Assembly (NCBI RefSeq): GCF_004010195.1
Contig: NC_057719.1
Coordinates: 33,154,713-33,218,712 of the forward strand
DNA from: Chiloscyllium plagiosum
Taxonomy: Eukaryota
DNA length: 64,000 bases
Direction: 5' to 3'
A program made the position numbers and the translations under genes. Below, piece by piece: positions 40,355 through 52,140 of this stretch. The notes beneath the pieces are model-generated. The model saw nothing but the letters and a program-made list of their open reading frames with translations, searched no databases and was not told the DNA's origin. Positions within the stretch are counted from its first letter, which is position 1. Every line of letters starts with the position of its first letter.

Positions 40355-40987
40355 TGTAATGATGCTGTCACTTTAAAAGGTTATTTTGTCCTTGTTTTTT
40401 TTGAAGAGGGGTTGTAAAGGCAGAGGTACAGAGCAGTCCACCAGAACCACTCGATTAAACAACTTATGAAGCCTTGGTATTTTTTACAACCTGAATGGGT
40501 GTGGCCAGATCTCTCGGACCAGGCTTTCCAATTTTTAATTTGTTCAACTTTAGCAGCAGAAGCTGTTTGGGGTCTCAAAAGAGTTTGGAGCTCCAGTGAA
40601 TGATTCCTAGCTGTTAATTCTTCTGAAATTTCTCTTGATGTCTTTTTCTTTCCAGGATTGGAGAGCTGCATGTAAGAATCTGTGTCTGAATTTGCCTTTT
40701 TGCCAAGGGGTGTTACTATGGGATGTTACTATATTGGAGCAGTTAATTGATATTTATGATTCAGTTAAATTTTCTGATAGGCAAGTTATTCAAATTCCTC
40801 TGCTATTTGTTTGCATTGTAACTACAGTGTTTAAAAAGAACTGTGTTTTTCTTAATGTTGACTAGTTTGACCGTTTGTATCACATCTGGAACACAGTGCT
40901 TCCCGTCTACTTTCAATATAAGAAAAAAATTAAGATCTAGGCTACCTTCACAAAATATTTTAAGGGGGTCTGGTCTGGTCCATAACA
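40355..40987 (+). repeat. 3' LTR
   Basis: Starts TGTAATG and ends CCATAACA; homologous to the 5' LTR. Confidence 0.85.
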
Positions 40988-42937
40988 GCAGGGAATATTC
41001 TTTGCCTCTTGGTCAACATTTCTTCCCCAGTCAAAACCATCAAATATTACATTGACGAGCTCTTTCCTATTTATGGAATGTACAGTAATTCTGGCATTAA
41101 AATGTCCTGTTTGTAAACAGAACAATTAGTCCATTTGGAAAGCAATTCATTGGAAGTGCTTGAAGACACTTTAATAGCCCCTGGGCATTTTCTACATTTA
41201 TCGCTCTATTTGCCTACACTTATCCATAAAAAAACATACACAACATTGAAAAGAAAACCAAACAACTGCAGCAAATCATGCAGAAGCACGCAATGTTCAT
41301 TAATAACACAGATAGCACAGATTGACTAGCAATAAAAAATGAACATTTGGTACATTTGAAATTGAAAGAAGGTTTCTTTTTCAGAGAAGGTGTATTTCAG
41401 CAGCCACTTGACATGGAAATTGTGGTGTGAAACTAAAGATTCCAACTTTTTCAATAATTTACAGCTGCGTATATCTTGATGTAGGTTCCATGTTAACTAA
41501 TGATATTGTTACAGTGATTAGTATCAATGACAGAAATCATAGACCCTGAGCTGCTTCTGGCCTTGACCTCCAGTCTCTGAGTTGAGTGCAGTGGGACCAT
41601 CTCCAACCCGGGTTCAGTGCCACCCCCCCCCTCCCAATTCCCATTTCTGGGACTTGCTGACTAAATATGATAAAGTTTTATGCATGCCAGTTACAATCAA
41701 TGTAATTTTCTTACACAAAAGCTCCAAACATTTGATTGTCCTATTGCCCTTTTCCTGCTAACTTAGCATTTAATAACAGACAAAATACCTGAACTAGTTG
41801 GACTGCACAGCTCACAATTAATATCATAGCTCTTTGTAAAAGGCATTTCATGGTTTTGTTGCTTGTCAAAATTAGAACATTTTATGTTTGCTTGTGACCA
41901 CTATACATCATGTCTGTATATGTCCATACATTGCAGAAATTTGAATTACTTGGTAAATTTTATTGCCAGAAGCCAGTACAGACAACGGGCCAAGTGGCCT
42001 CATGCTGCACTGTAACAATGCACATTTATGGACATATTTAAAAAGCCATCCACATTTATTGAACGAGCATCTTTCAACCTTCTTCTGAATTTCCAGACCG
42101 TCGTACTGAAATGAAATGCACGTGCAGACAAAGGAAATTGTTCAGCTGTGTTTCCATCAAACTACATAGCTTGGTACCAAGTGATAACCTCAGAAAATAG
42201 CCATTTGCACTGTTTCAGGAAATGTAATGATATATTGATCCCAAGCAGGTTCAGCACAAAGTTTCTCAATTGCTCTTCCAGGCTATACTTCACATGGCCC
42301 TCTTTTAAATTTGCATTATTCTTTACAATAATCCCATAGTCCTGATTTGCAACTATTTTTCAATGTCCATCAATCCTCCAACTGTTTCACTGCAGATGGC
42401 TCCTTGAGGATCACTTGCCTGTCCAGATTCATATTAAATGTACACAGGGGAACCTGAAGCATCTGCAGTCATTTTATGTTTCTTCCCAGTGGAATTGGAT
42501 TGAACACATTAACTTGTCTGGCAATTATTTGTGCTCAGATTAAAACTTGTCAAGCCTGTCTAAAAAAGGAAGTGACTGACACACAATTCCTTCCAAATCT
42601 TTCATTTTAGTAGGTTGTAAAGATACTAAACCAAAATGCTGCTGAAAAACTGGATCTTTAAAAAAGTTGGAATGTGTAAAACTAAAAGCATAAAGCTAAT
42701 ATGAATGCTGGGAAATTTGATAACTGGATTGAAACTTCTACTTAATAGGGAATTATAAAGCATTTCTTCTGATAATTTGACTGAACATATACTCATCAGA
42801 AATCAGCTGAATTTTGATTTATTCAAACGAAAAACTTTTGGATAATATATCGACTGCAGAATACTGCTCTAGTTAGAAGGCATAAAGTTATTAGTATCCA
42901 GGAAGATATAGTGCAAGGAGAAATATGATTTACTTAC

Positions 42938-43243
42938 ACTGTACAATAAGCTGCACGGCTGCTTCCCTTGGTTTCACATTAAACCCATTATACTGGCTTG
43001 TTTGGCATTTGTATATTCCATTCATATCCCTGGACACATTCACAATGCGGAGTAATCCATCATAGCTTTCCATTTGCATGGTGCCATCAGGCATTGGGAG
43101 CTCCTTCTCCTTTTCCTTATCAAAACGGGACCAAAGAATTATGGGTTTGGGCTTTCCAGAAACCAAGCACTGTAGCTCCACCGTGTCACCTTCTCGTGTA
43201 ACCATTGGTGACCTTCCTTTCGGGACAGATAAAGTTGGCGGCA
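42938..43243 (-). CDS. MDGA2: MDGA2 internal coding exon (5th Ig domain), 306 bp, phase 1/1
   Basis: Translates (V)[39 protein letters not shown]...[25 protein letters not shown]. Joins in frame to the 49500 exon (G+TG = Val). Acceptor tgtttacaag|; donor T|GTAAGT at 42937. Confidence 0.95.
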
Positions 43244-44579
43244 CTTGTAAACAGAAATAAAAATAACTCCATTTCACCAAATAGCTCTTCATCTCATTGT
43301 TAAATCAAGACTTGAACACTGGAAACATTTAATAGATTGGAAAATCACAGCAGTGCATTGTTTATTAATAATTCCTAGATTCTATTATTTCACCATATTT
43401 ATGTGAAGTAGCTGAGAACTAATATTGACCCTCATCACTATCTGTCTTGCTAGGCAGTACACAAGTGCACATGTAGCTCTTTTGCATTGAATGTAACTTT
43501 ACTGAGAATTGTTTACCACAAAAGTTTTTGTTTTTTTCCACAATGAAGTTGATTTGATAAGGAAAAGAAGTGAGAAAAGACCAGTAAATACATTTTTAAA
43601 TTCTCTATTTAGAGATGAATGAATTTCTAATGTTCAGAGTGAAGATCAAAAACTGTTTAATTGCCACAATCATTGAGAGATCAGTTGTATCCATTATCAT
43701 TGGAAACCAGACCTTACTCAGCCTTTAAGAAATGTGCTCTCTGTTGGAGTAGAGGTGGATAGAATCTAGAATAAAGCTTCAGGCACTGTGAATAATTTAA
43801 TTAAAATGTTAATGCTTTGCACTGGGCTGTGTTTGAATGCAGTTGATACTTAGACTACAAGATAGAATTCTGTATCATTATTCTTTACCAGATATGAATA
43901 AAGAAAGTACTTCTATTTGAACAAATCTGCAAAAGTCCTGTTTGCAAGCATGTTGCTAAAGCCTTTTAAATAATAGAACATTGCCACTACCCTCATCCAG
44001 GCAAAGACGGAAAAGTTATGCATATTGGATATTTTTCAAAGGCTATTCTTCTCAATATTGAATGGCTTTTTCGAATGTTAATTTTCTGTCCTTTATCTCA
44101 AATAATATTCAGATCTCATATTAAAATGAACCTAAGGTCATATATTCCTCCACTTAATAGCAATCTTTCCCTCTATATAGGGCCTTTAAGATTTTAAAAC
44201 ATCCCAAGGCACTTCAGAGAGGCAATATAAAATATGACAAGAGTTTCATGAGTAAAGTCTTCGTCAAAGCTTAGTCAAAAAGGTGAGTATAAGAAGGGAT
44301 TTTGAAGGAGGAAAGTAAGGTGGAAATGCAAAGTTTCAGGGTAGGAATTCCAACTTTAGAGCTTTGGCAGTTTGTGGTATGACCACAAATAGTGTAATTA
44401 TTAGAATTGAGGATGCTCAGGTTACACTTATAGCTTGGAGGGCTGTGGGGCTGGAGAAGGTGATAGAAACAGGGAGGGACAAGGCCCAGGATAGATTTTA
44501 AAACAAGGATGAGAAATTGAAAATTGAGCTTTTGTTTAACTAATTCAGGTCAGCAAGCACAGGGGAGATGGGCAAACAA

Positions 44580-44674
44580 ATTCCTGATGGAGCGCTAATG
44601 CTCAAAACGTTGATTCTCCTGCTCCTTGGATGCTGCCTGACCTGCTGTGCTTTACCAGCGTCACAATCTCGACA
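44580..44674 (+). mobile_element. Penelope-derived mini-insert with decayed hammerhead motif and about 12-bp TSD
   Basis: attcCTGATGG-a-gcgc-taat-gctc-AAAACGTT; flanked by atgggcaaacaa (44568-44579) and atgggtgaacaa (44675-44686). Confidence 0.7.
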
Positions 44675-44987
44675 ATGGGTGAACAATGTTTGTTGTGTAT
44701 TAGGGCACACAAAGTTTCAGATGTCTTCAAATTAGCAGAGAACAGATTGCAGGAGACTAGCCACTAACGTATCCGATAGATAAGTCCAGACATAACAAAG
44801 GCATAGCTGCATGTTTCAGCAGCACAAGAGCTGAAGCAGGGGAGGGGTTAAGTGATGTTATGGATGTGGAAGTAGATAGTCACAGGGAGAGTGCAGATAT
44901 GTAGTTGGCAGCTCATCTCAGAATGGTATTTCATGCCAAAGTTGTGAAAAGTCTGGTTCAGCCTCAAATCATTGCCAGGGTAGGGGA

Positions 44988-45585
44988 TGGAATTGCAGAT
45001 AGATAGGATAGTGGTGGAGTTGCAGATAGATAGGATAGTGAAGAAGGCATTGGGAATGCTTTCCTTTATTGGTCAGAGTATTGAGTACAGAAGTTGGAGG
45101 TCATGTTGCAGCTGTACAGGACATTGGTTAGGTCATATTTGGAATATTGTGTACTATTCTGGTCTCCCCACTATCTCCACTAAGGATGTTTTGAAACTTG
45201 AAAGGGTTCAGAAAAGATTTGCAAGGATGTTGCCAGGATTGGAGGATTTGAGCTACAGGGAGAGGCTGAACAGGCTGGGGCTGTTTTCCCTGGAGCATCA
45301 GAGGCTGAGGGGTTATCTTATAGAGGTTTATAAAACCATGAGAGGCATGAATAGAGTAAATAGACAATGTCATTTCCCTGGGGTGAGGGAGTCCAAAAGT
45401 AGAAGGCATGGGTTTAAGTTGAGAAGGGAAAGATTTAAAAGGGACCTCAGGGGCAACTTGTTCACACAGAGGGTGGTGCATGTATGGAATGAGCTGCCAG
45501 AGGAAGTGATGCAGGCTGGTACAATTACAACATTTAAATGTTATTCTGGAAAGGTTTTTGAATAGGAAGCATTTAAAGGGGTATG
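44988..45585 (+). mobile_element. Tailless internal CR1 fragment
   Basis: ORF 44987-45565; closely related to 47789-48357; about 26-bp tandem duplication at its 5' end. Confidence 0.88.
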
Positions 45586-46418
45586 TCGCTGGGACTTATG
45601 ACATTGGCTTCAGTCTTGCCAATATTTTACTTGAAGAATGAACAAGCTGACAATTTTAGAGACAGTGAAGGCATCAAGTTGGCTGACATTAGGGTAGCTC
45701 TGCATGTTTTCGGTGTACCTGAGGAAAATTCAGTCGGTGTCACTGGGGGTGGTGGGGGGTGGGGGAGTGTGGGTTGGTGGTTGGTGATGTGGGCTGTCAC
45801 CAGAGGTAACTTCATTTGATCATGCCGCAGCTTATCCAAAACTCTAATGTTGTAGGTTTTTTAAAGCTCATTTATGGGATGTGGATGTCACTGCCTGGAC
45901 CAGCATTTATTGCCCATCTCTAGTTGCCTTTGAGATGCAATCTGAGGTGAACAGTGACAACAACAGCTTATGCTTATATAACGCCTTAAATGTAATGAAA
46001 TGTCCTGAGGTACTTTATAAGAAGGTTATTTAACAAAGCATGATGTCAATATATCGAAGAAGACAACACAATAGGGGATTGGGAGGCAATCCTGGATTAG
46101 AGGAGTGATGAAAATACTAGGACGTGAGAGACACAGTGGAGCTTGATTTGACAATAGATGACACATTACTAATAAAAATAAAATATTCTGTTTGGGAAAA
46201 GATGACCAGTGAACTTCCAGAAAGTGGCACAATGAAATTCCATTTATAAATCATTTGGAATAGGCTTTTAGCAGCAATTTTATATGATGACCAAATCTCA
46301 GCATGAATATAAATTGTGTAGATGTCATCTAGGGTGCTGGCTATGCCTATACAAAAAGTTCCATGGCCTCCCACATAGCTTCTGTAATTACAAAATAACA
46401 ATGTGCAGTATGGGCAGT

Positions 46419-48450
46419 ATAGACTTCAGTAAGGCTTTTGACAAAGTTCCTCATAACAGCCTGGTTAGCAAGGTTAGATCTCATGCAATACAGGGAGAAC
46501 TAACTATTTGGATACAGAACTGGCTCAAAGATAGAATGCAGAGAGTGGTGGTGGATGGTCGCTTTTCAGACTGGAGGCCCATGACTGGAGGTGTGCCACA
46601 AGGATCGGAACTGGGTCCACTGCTTTTCATCATTTATGGAAATGATTTTGATGTGAACATAGGAGGTATGGTTAGTAAATTTGCAGATGACATCAAAATT
46701 GCAGGTTTAGTGGACAATGAAGTAGGTTTGCGGATGATACGAAAGTCGGAGGAGTTGTTGACAGTGAGGAAGGATGTGGCAGGTTACAGCAGGATATAGA
46801 GAAGCTGCAGAGCTGGGCAGAAAGGTGGCAAATGGAATTCAATGTAGCTAAGTGTGAGGTGATTCACTTTGGGAAGAATAACAAAAAGATGGGGTACTGG
46901 GCTAATGGTCGGATACTTGGTAGTGTGGATGAGCAGAGGGATCTTGGTGTCCATGTACACAAATTTTTGAAAGTTGCCACCCAGGTAAATAGTGCGGTGA
47001 AGAAGGCATATGGCGTACTGGCTTTTATTGGTAGAGGAATTGAGTTCTGGAGTACTGAGGTCATGTTGCAGTTGTATAAGACTCTGGTGCGGCCGCATCT
47101 GGAGTATTGTGTGCAGTTTTGGTTGCCATACTATAGGAAGGATGTGGAGGCACTGGAACGGGTGCAGAGGAGGTTTACCAGGATGTTGCTTGGTATGGTA
47201 GAAAGATCGTATGAGGAAAGGGTGAGGCACTTGGGGTTGTTTTCATTGGAGAAAAGAAGGTTTAGGGGTGACTTGATAGAGGTGTACAAGATGATTAGGG
47301 GTTTAGATAGGGTCGACAGTGAGAATCTTTTTCCACGTATGGAGTCAGCTATTACGAGGGGGCATAGCTTTAAATTAAGGGGGGGTAGATATAGGACTGA
47401 AGTTAGGGGTAGGTTCTTCACTCAGCGAGTCGTGAGTTCATGGAATGCCCTGCCAGTAGCAGTGGTGGACTCTCCCTCTTTATGGGCATTTAAGCGGGCA
47501 TTGGATAGGTATATGGAGGATAGTGGGTTAGTGGAGGATAGTGGGTTAGTATAGGTTAGGTGGGCTTGGATCGGCGCAACATCGAGGGCCAAAGGGCCTG
47601 TACTGCGCTGTATTCTTCTATGTTCTTCTATGTTCTATGTTCTATGTTCTATGTTACTTCAGATTACAAGGGGATCTTGATCAAATGGGTCAATATGTGG
47701 TGCTGCATTTTGCAAAGGCAAATCAGAGCAGGATCCTAGGGAGTGTCGCTGAACAAAGATAACAAGCAAGTTCATAGTTCCTTGAAAGTGGAGTTGCAGA
47801 TAGATAGGATAGTGAAGAAGGCATTGGGAATGTTTTCCTTTATTGGTCAGAGTATTGAGTATAGGAGTTGGGAGGTCATGTTGCAGCTGTACAGGACATT
47901 GGTTAGGTCACTTTTGGAATATTGTGTGTTATTCTGGTCTCCCCACTATAGGAAGGATGTTTTGAAACTTGAAAGGGTTCAGGAAAGATTTGCAAGGATG
48001 TTGCCAGGGTTGGAGGATTTGAGCTACAGGGAGAGGCTGAATAGGCTGGGGCTGTTTTCCCTGGAGCATCGGAGGCTGAGCGGTGACCTTGTAGAGATTT
48101 ATAAAATCATGAGGGGCATGGATAGGATAAATAGGCAAGGTCTGTTCCCTGGTGTGGGGGAGTCCAGAACTGGAGGGCATATGTTTAGGGTGTGAGAGGG
48201 GAAAGATTTAAAAGGGAACTCAGGGGCAACTTGTTCACACAGAGGTAGGTGTGTGAATGGAATGAGCTGCCAGAGGAAGTGATGCAGGCTGGTACAATTA
48301 CAACATTTAAACATATTCTGGAAGGGTTTTTGAATAGGAAGCATTTAAAGGGGTATGAGCTTATGCCAGCAAAATGGGACTAGATTATTTAGGATATCTG
48401 GTCGGCATGAACAAATTGGACAAAAGGGTCTGTACATCTCTATGACTCTA
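46419..48450 (+). mobile_element. Host CR1 (46419-46728 plus 47656-48450)
   Basis: DFSKAFDKVPH...KFADD...DNEVG|YFRLQGDLDQMG reads through when the nested copy is removed. Confidence 0.88.
46727..47655 (+). mobile_element. Younger 5'-truncated CR1 nested in the host CR1
   Basis: Starts at FADDTK; open 240-aa ORF 46832-47554; (TTCTATG)n tail to 47655; CpG-rich. Confidence 0.92.
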
Positions 48451-49499
48451 AATATACGTATAAATTACCGTTCATGACTCTGTAACCCAAGATTCCCAAT
48501 GTCTTTTCACCTACACACTTTGGGCAGCCAACTGCTCACAGGATTTCGATTTACACTGTTTAAAGTCTTCTCTCTTGTTTCTTTCCCTTCCTGTTACCAG
48601 AAATACCTCCTTGCACTTTTCCTCTCACTTCGACTTTACTCCACCCCAATTGAAATTCATTTCCCAAACGTTCATTACGCCTCGACGTGCACATACTCTT
48701 GTCCCCATCCCAGGCTCAGCAATTTTTAAAAATAAGATCCATGTTTTTTCTTCCTCCCTGACCATTTTCTGGCGGACAATGAAAATATGCCTGCTAATGA
48801 GCAATAATTCCAAGGATCCCACTGCACTCTCTTTCATCCCAGCACTTGCTGGAGACTAACTAACCCCATAAACCTCCTTCCCATCCCTACTACTCCTTTC
48901 ACTGTTAACCCTGTGTACTTAGCCAGCAAACTAACAATACCTGTCCTTCCACATGCCCCCTCAATCACTTGGAAACAAGGCCTTTGCTATTCATGACCTT
49001 CACTCATCAAACTTGATGGAAATTTTACCATCCTCTTCTTTGGCTCAGTCTTCATTTTTATTTGTTCATGCTTCCATGAGTAAGTTCAGATTGTTTAACT
49101 ATCCTGCAGGCACTATACAAATTCAGTTGTTGTTAATTGCTGTATAGCAGCAATTGCTGTTTTGAAATCAGCAAGTGTAAAGAAATACACAACATTACCA
49201 TCCAGCCTTTCAGCAGTCGGAGGAAATCATTGGCAGCCTGTGGTATTCCAATGGCCCAGTAACTGAATAGAAGAATTGTAAATCTATTGACTCTCTCATT
49301 GACTTCAGACCCACATAAAATCCCTATACAAATCATCTTACACATTTCCTATTATATTCCATGTCATCATAATCTTTAAAATGCAGAAGAGCAATGATGG
49401 AGCAATCGAGAAATTATGTCAAAGTGGAAGAAAATACTGACTGACCAGCAACTAATTCAAGATAAACTGGTCATCTCTACCTGGGGTTTAAGCACTCAC

Positions 49500-49829
49500 C
49501 AGTACTGCTGGAGATGTTCACATCAATGCTGATGTCAGGTACAGCCTGGCTATTGAGAGATGCTACACAAGTGTATGTTCCAAAATCAGTGAACCTTAGG
49601 TCAATGATGTCCAGGCTGGTCGTGCCAGGTGAGACATCAGGATCTGTTGTTGAGATAACCATCCTTTCTGAGCTCCGAAGGGGACGTCCATTCTTGAACC
49701 AAGAGAAAGTCAACTCATCCGGGGGAATGGCCTCCACCTGACAGGAAATTTTAACTTCACGGCCGATCTGAATGTTGTCATCATCATGGTATGGATCTGG
49801 TGTTATCCAGAAACGTCCTTTTTTCAAAG
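49500..49829 (-). CDS. MDGA2: MDGA2 internal coding exon (4th Ig domain), 330 bp, phase 1/1
   Basis: Translates (A)LKKGRFWITPDPYHDDDNIQIGREVKISCQVEAIPPDELTFSWFKNGRPLRSSERMVISTTDPDVSPGTTSLDIIDLRFTDFGTYTCVASL...DVNISSST, recognised from memory as near-identical to vertebrate MDGA2. Acceptor ttttactag| at 49830-49831; donor G|GTGAGT at 49499. Confidence 0.95.
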
Positions 49830-49944
49830 CTAGTAAAAACAGTAAACATAATGGTCAATAGGTTATTACACAAATCACAATAAGAATTAAGCACATATTC
49901 CATACACTTTGATGGGAGGAATATAACTCATGTCTAAGAAAAGG

Positions 49945-50176
49945 AAAATACCGTGGATGCTGGAGATCTGAAATATAACTCCTCAAGTACTGGAGAAACA
50001 TAGCAGGTCTGGCAGCATCTGTGGAGAGAGAAAACCAGAGTCCACTGATTCTTCTTTGCAATTTAACTTTGGTTCCAAAGAAGAATTATATTGGACTCAA
50101 AACAGTAACTCTGCTTCTCTTTCCATCGATGTCGGTAGACCTGCTGAGTGTCTCCAGCGTACTGTGTTTGTATTTC
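49945..50176. repeat. Penelope/MER6-like inverted pair with decayed hammerhead
   Basis: Arms about 49990-50041 and 50108-50157 are imperfect reverse complements; ggttccaaagaagaattatattggactcaaaac is a decayed CTGAAGA...GAAA core. Confidence 0.65.
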
Positions 50177-51099
50177 ATAACTCATGTCTAATGTGTATAA
50201 ATGACATCAGCATAATGCCCGGAGTAGCTATCAGATCATCAACACAGTGGAAATGTTTGTATTTCCCATCAGAATGTGGAATCCAAACTAAAGCACAAAT
50301 TAATACCTCATTTGTTCAATTTAACAGCATTGCTTCTCCATAACTTGATAATCAAAATCACACCCCAAAGGTACTTAACTGTAAAGTCCCAAAACTTCCA
50401 AATTTGTTCTTGAACCTGTGCTGAGCTAACTGATTTCAATGTGTGACATGGCCACAAGGACCTAGTTGTCTAGACTCACAGTAACCTCTGGGACTTCTTG
50501 AACCTTGACATCAACACAGAGCAGAGAATGCCAAAGACAAACAAATCTGTCATATGTTTAATCTCTTCAAATATTAATTTTACCAGCCGAGTACCCCGAA
50601 CCATTTCTTTGAAACAATAGTATTGGATTAGTTCAATTAAAAAGTGCAAAATAGAACATTTTTATAAATTTTCTTTTAACGACAGAAGAGCAGTGGAATC
50701 TATTGTTTTTATAATATCAGCTAAAAAGGTTTATGGCCTAAGCATAATGGTTGTATGGCTGCTTCATTGCTTTTCACGTCACTGATCAAACTGAATGTTT
50801 CACAAATAATTGGAACCTTTCAAGGTCACATCTGAAGTTTACACATCATGGATAATTTCTTATACCTCATGGACATCACAGGTAAGGACTTCCACTTGCT
50901 ACTTGGAAGACTCAAATAAATGCCCGTGTCCAAACTCACTGCAAGGGAAGGCTTCGATTTTCCACGCCTGTGTGTTTAAATGCTCAAACTGGTTGCTGAG
51001 CTGGAGGTGCAAATTGACCAATGGAAATATGATGTACTCTCTATGATTGAGAAATGACTCACAAAAACAGAGGATGGGAATGTTAATATTTTTGGATAC

Positions 51100-51553
51100 C
51101 GGTTGGCTCAGTGGTTAGCACTACCCCCTCACAACACCAGCGACCTGGGTTTTATTCCAGCCTTGGGTGACTGTATGTGTGGAGTTTGCACCTTCTCCTG
51201 GTGTCTGTGTGGGCTTCCTGTAGATATTCCGGTTTCCTCCCACAGTCCAAAGATGTGCAGATTAGGTGGATTGGCCAGCTAAATTGCCTGATGAAGGGCT
51301 CCTGCCCAAAACGTCGATTTTCCTGCTCCTCGGATGCTGCCTGACCTGCTGTGCATTTCCAGCACCACTCTAATCTCACCAAAATGCCCATAGTGTTCAG
51401 AGATGTGCAGGATAGGTGGCTTAGCCATGGGAGATCCAGAGTTACAGGGATAGGGTAAGGAGTGGGTCTGGGTGGGATGGTCTTTGGAGGGTCAGAGTGG
51501 AATCAATGGGCTGAATGGCCTGCTTCCACACTGTAGGGATTCTATGATTCTAT
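51100..51553 (+). mobile_element. HE1-type V-SINE containing a Penelope-derived insert
   Basis: tggctcagtggttagcact head, tgtggagtttgcac core, CR1-like tail with ttctatga repeats. Confidence 0.85.
51288..51380 (+). mobile_element. Penelope-derived mini-insert with hammerhead motif and about 10-bp TSD
   Basis: CTGATGA-a-GGGC-tcct-GCCC-AAAACGTC; flanks ctaaattgcc (51279-51288) and ccaaaatgcc (51379-51388). Confidence 0.75.
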
Positions 51554-51719
51554 ATAAGGTATTCAGGAAAGGTAGAAAAAGTAAAAAGGAGGGGCTAACA
51601 ACTTTGATTCAGGCAAGTTATTTCAATATTAGAAAGAGACAATGTTCTTGAGGACCTAAGACAAAACCTGTTTAGTTGGAATCACAAATCAAAACTATTT
51701 GTTATGCGACGTAGTGTAG

Positions 51720-51872
51720 GAGATAGTGAGCACTGTAGATGCTGGAGAGTCAAAGTGCTCACTATCTCCTATACTATGTCGCAACATGTGGTAACATGTG
51801 GTAGTGGAAAAAGCACAGCAGGTTGGGCAGCATCCGAGGAGCAGGAGATTCAACATTTCGGGAAGGACCTTT
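51720..51872 (-). repeat. Penelope-derived short repeat
   Basis: ggaaaaagcacagcagg...gcagcatccgaggagcaggag is the reverse complement of the family body. Confidence 0.7.
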
Positions 51873-51879
51873 TACAAGC

Positions 51880-52140
51880 TCAGATTTAAAACAGAGATGA
51901 GGAGAAATTACTTCTCTCAAAGGATCATGAATCTGTGGAATTCACTACCTCATTCTGCAATGGTTGCTGGAATATTGAGTAATTCAAAGATGAGGCAGTC
52001 AGATTTTTAATTAGTAATGGTTTGAATGATTCTGGAGAGTGGGCAAGAAAATGGAGTTGTAACCAAGATGAGATTCACCATGATCATATCCTGGCAGAGC
52101 AGAGTCCAGGAGCTGAATTGCCTATTCCTGTTTCTCCTTC
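51880..52140 (+). mobile_element. CR1 3' fragment
   Basis: FKTEMRRNYFSQRIMNLWNSLP. Confidence 0.75.

Larger units (their letters stand above)
34793..40987 (+). mobile_element. Two-LTR Ty3/Gypsy retrotransposon, Gmr1-like clade (gag-PR-IN-RT-RH), decayed
   Basis: Two homologous LTRs, a PBS, and gag/pol motifs with integrase upstream of RT; many stops and frameshifts. Confidence 0.9.
44195..45720 (-). mobile_element. Old L2-type LINE 3' region, interrupted by two inserts
   Basis: L2-like terminus (catcccaaggcacttca) and body recognised by resemblance; continuity across 44580-44674 and 44988-45585. Confidence 0.55.

Noticed and set aside
34785..40995. TSD around the Gmr1-like element
   Set aside because: Flanks (aaat versus gcag) do not match; the 5' LTR start is decayed.
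1..42937. Next MDGA2 exon (Ig6, YPP...)
   Set aside because: No matching translation in the ORF track or by eye; presumably beyond the window, though a manual miss is possible.
47600..47655. CRISPR-like or functional tandem repeats
   Set aside because: (TTCTATG)n is a CR1 3' tail with no spacers; eukaryotic context.
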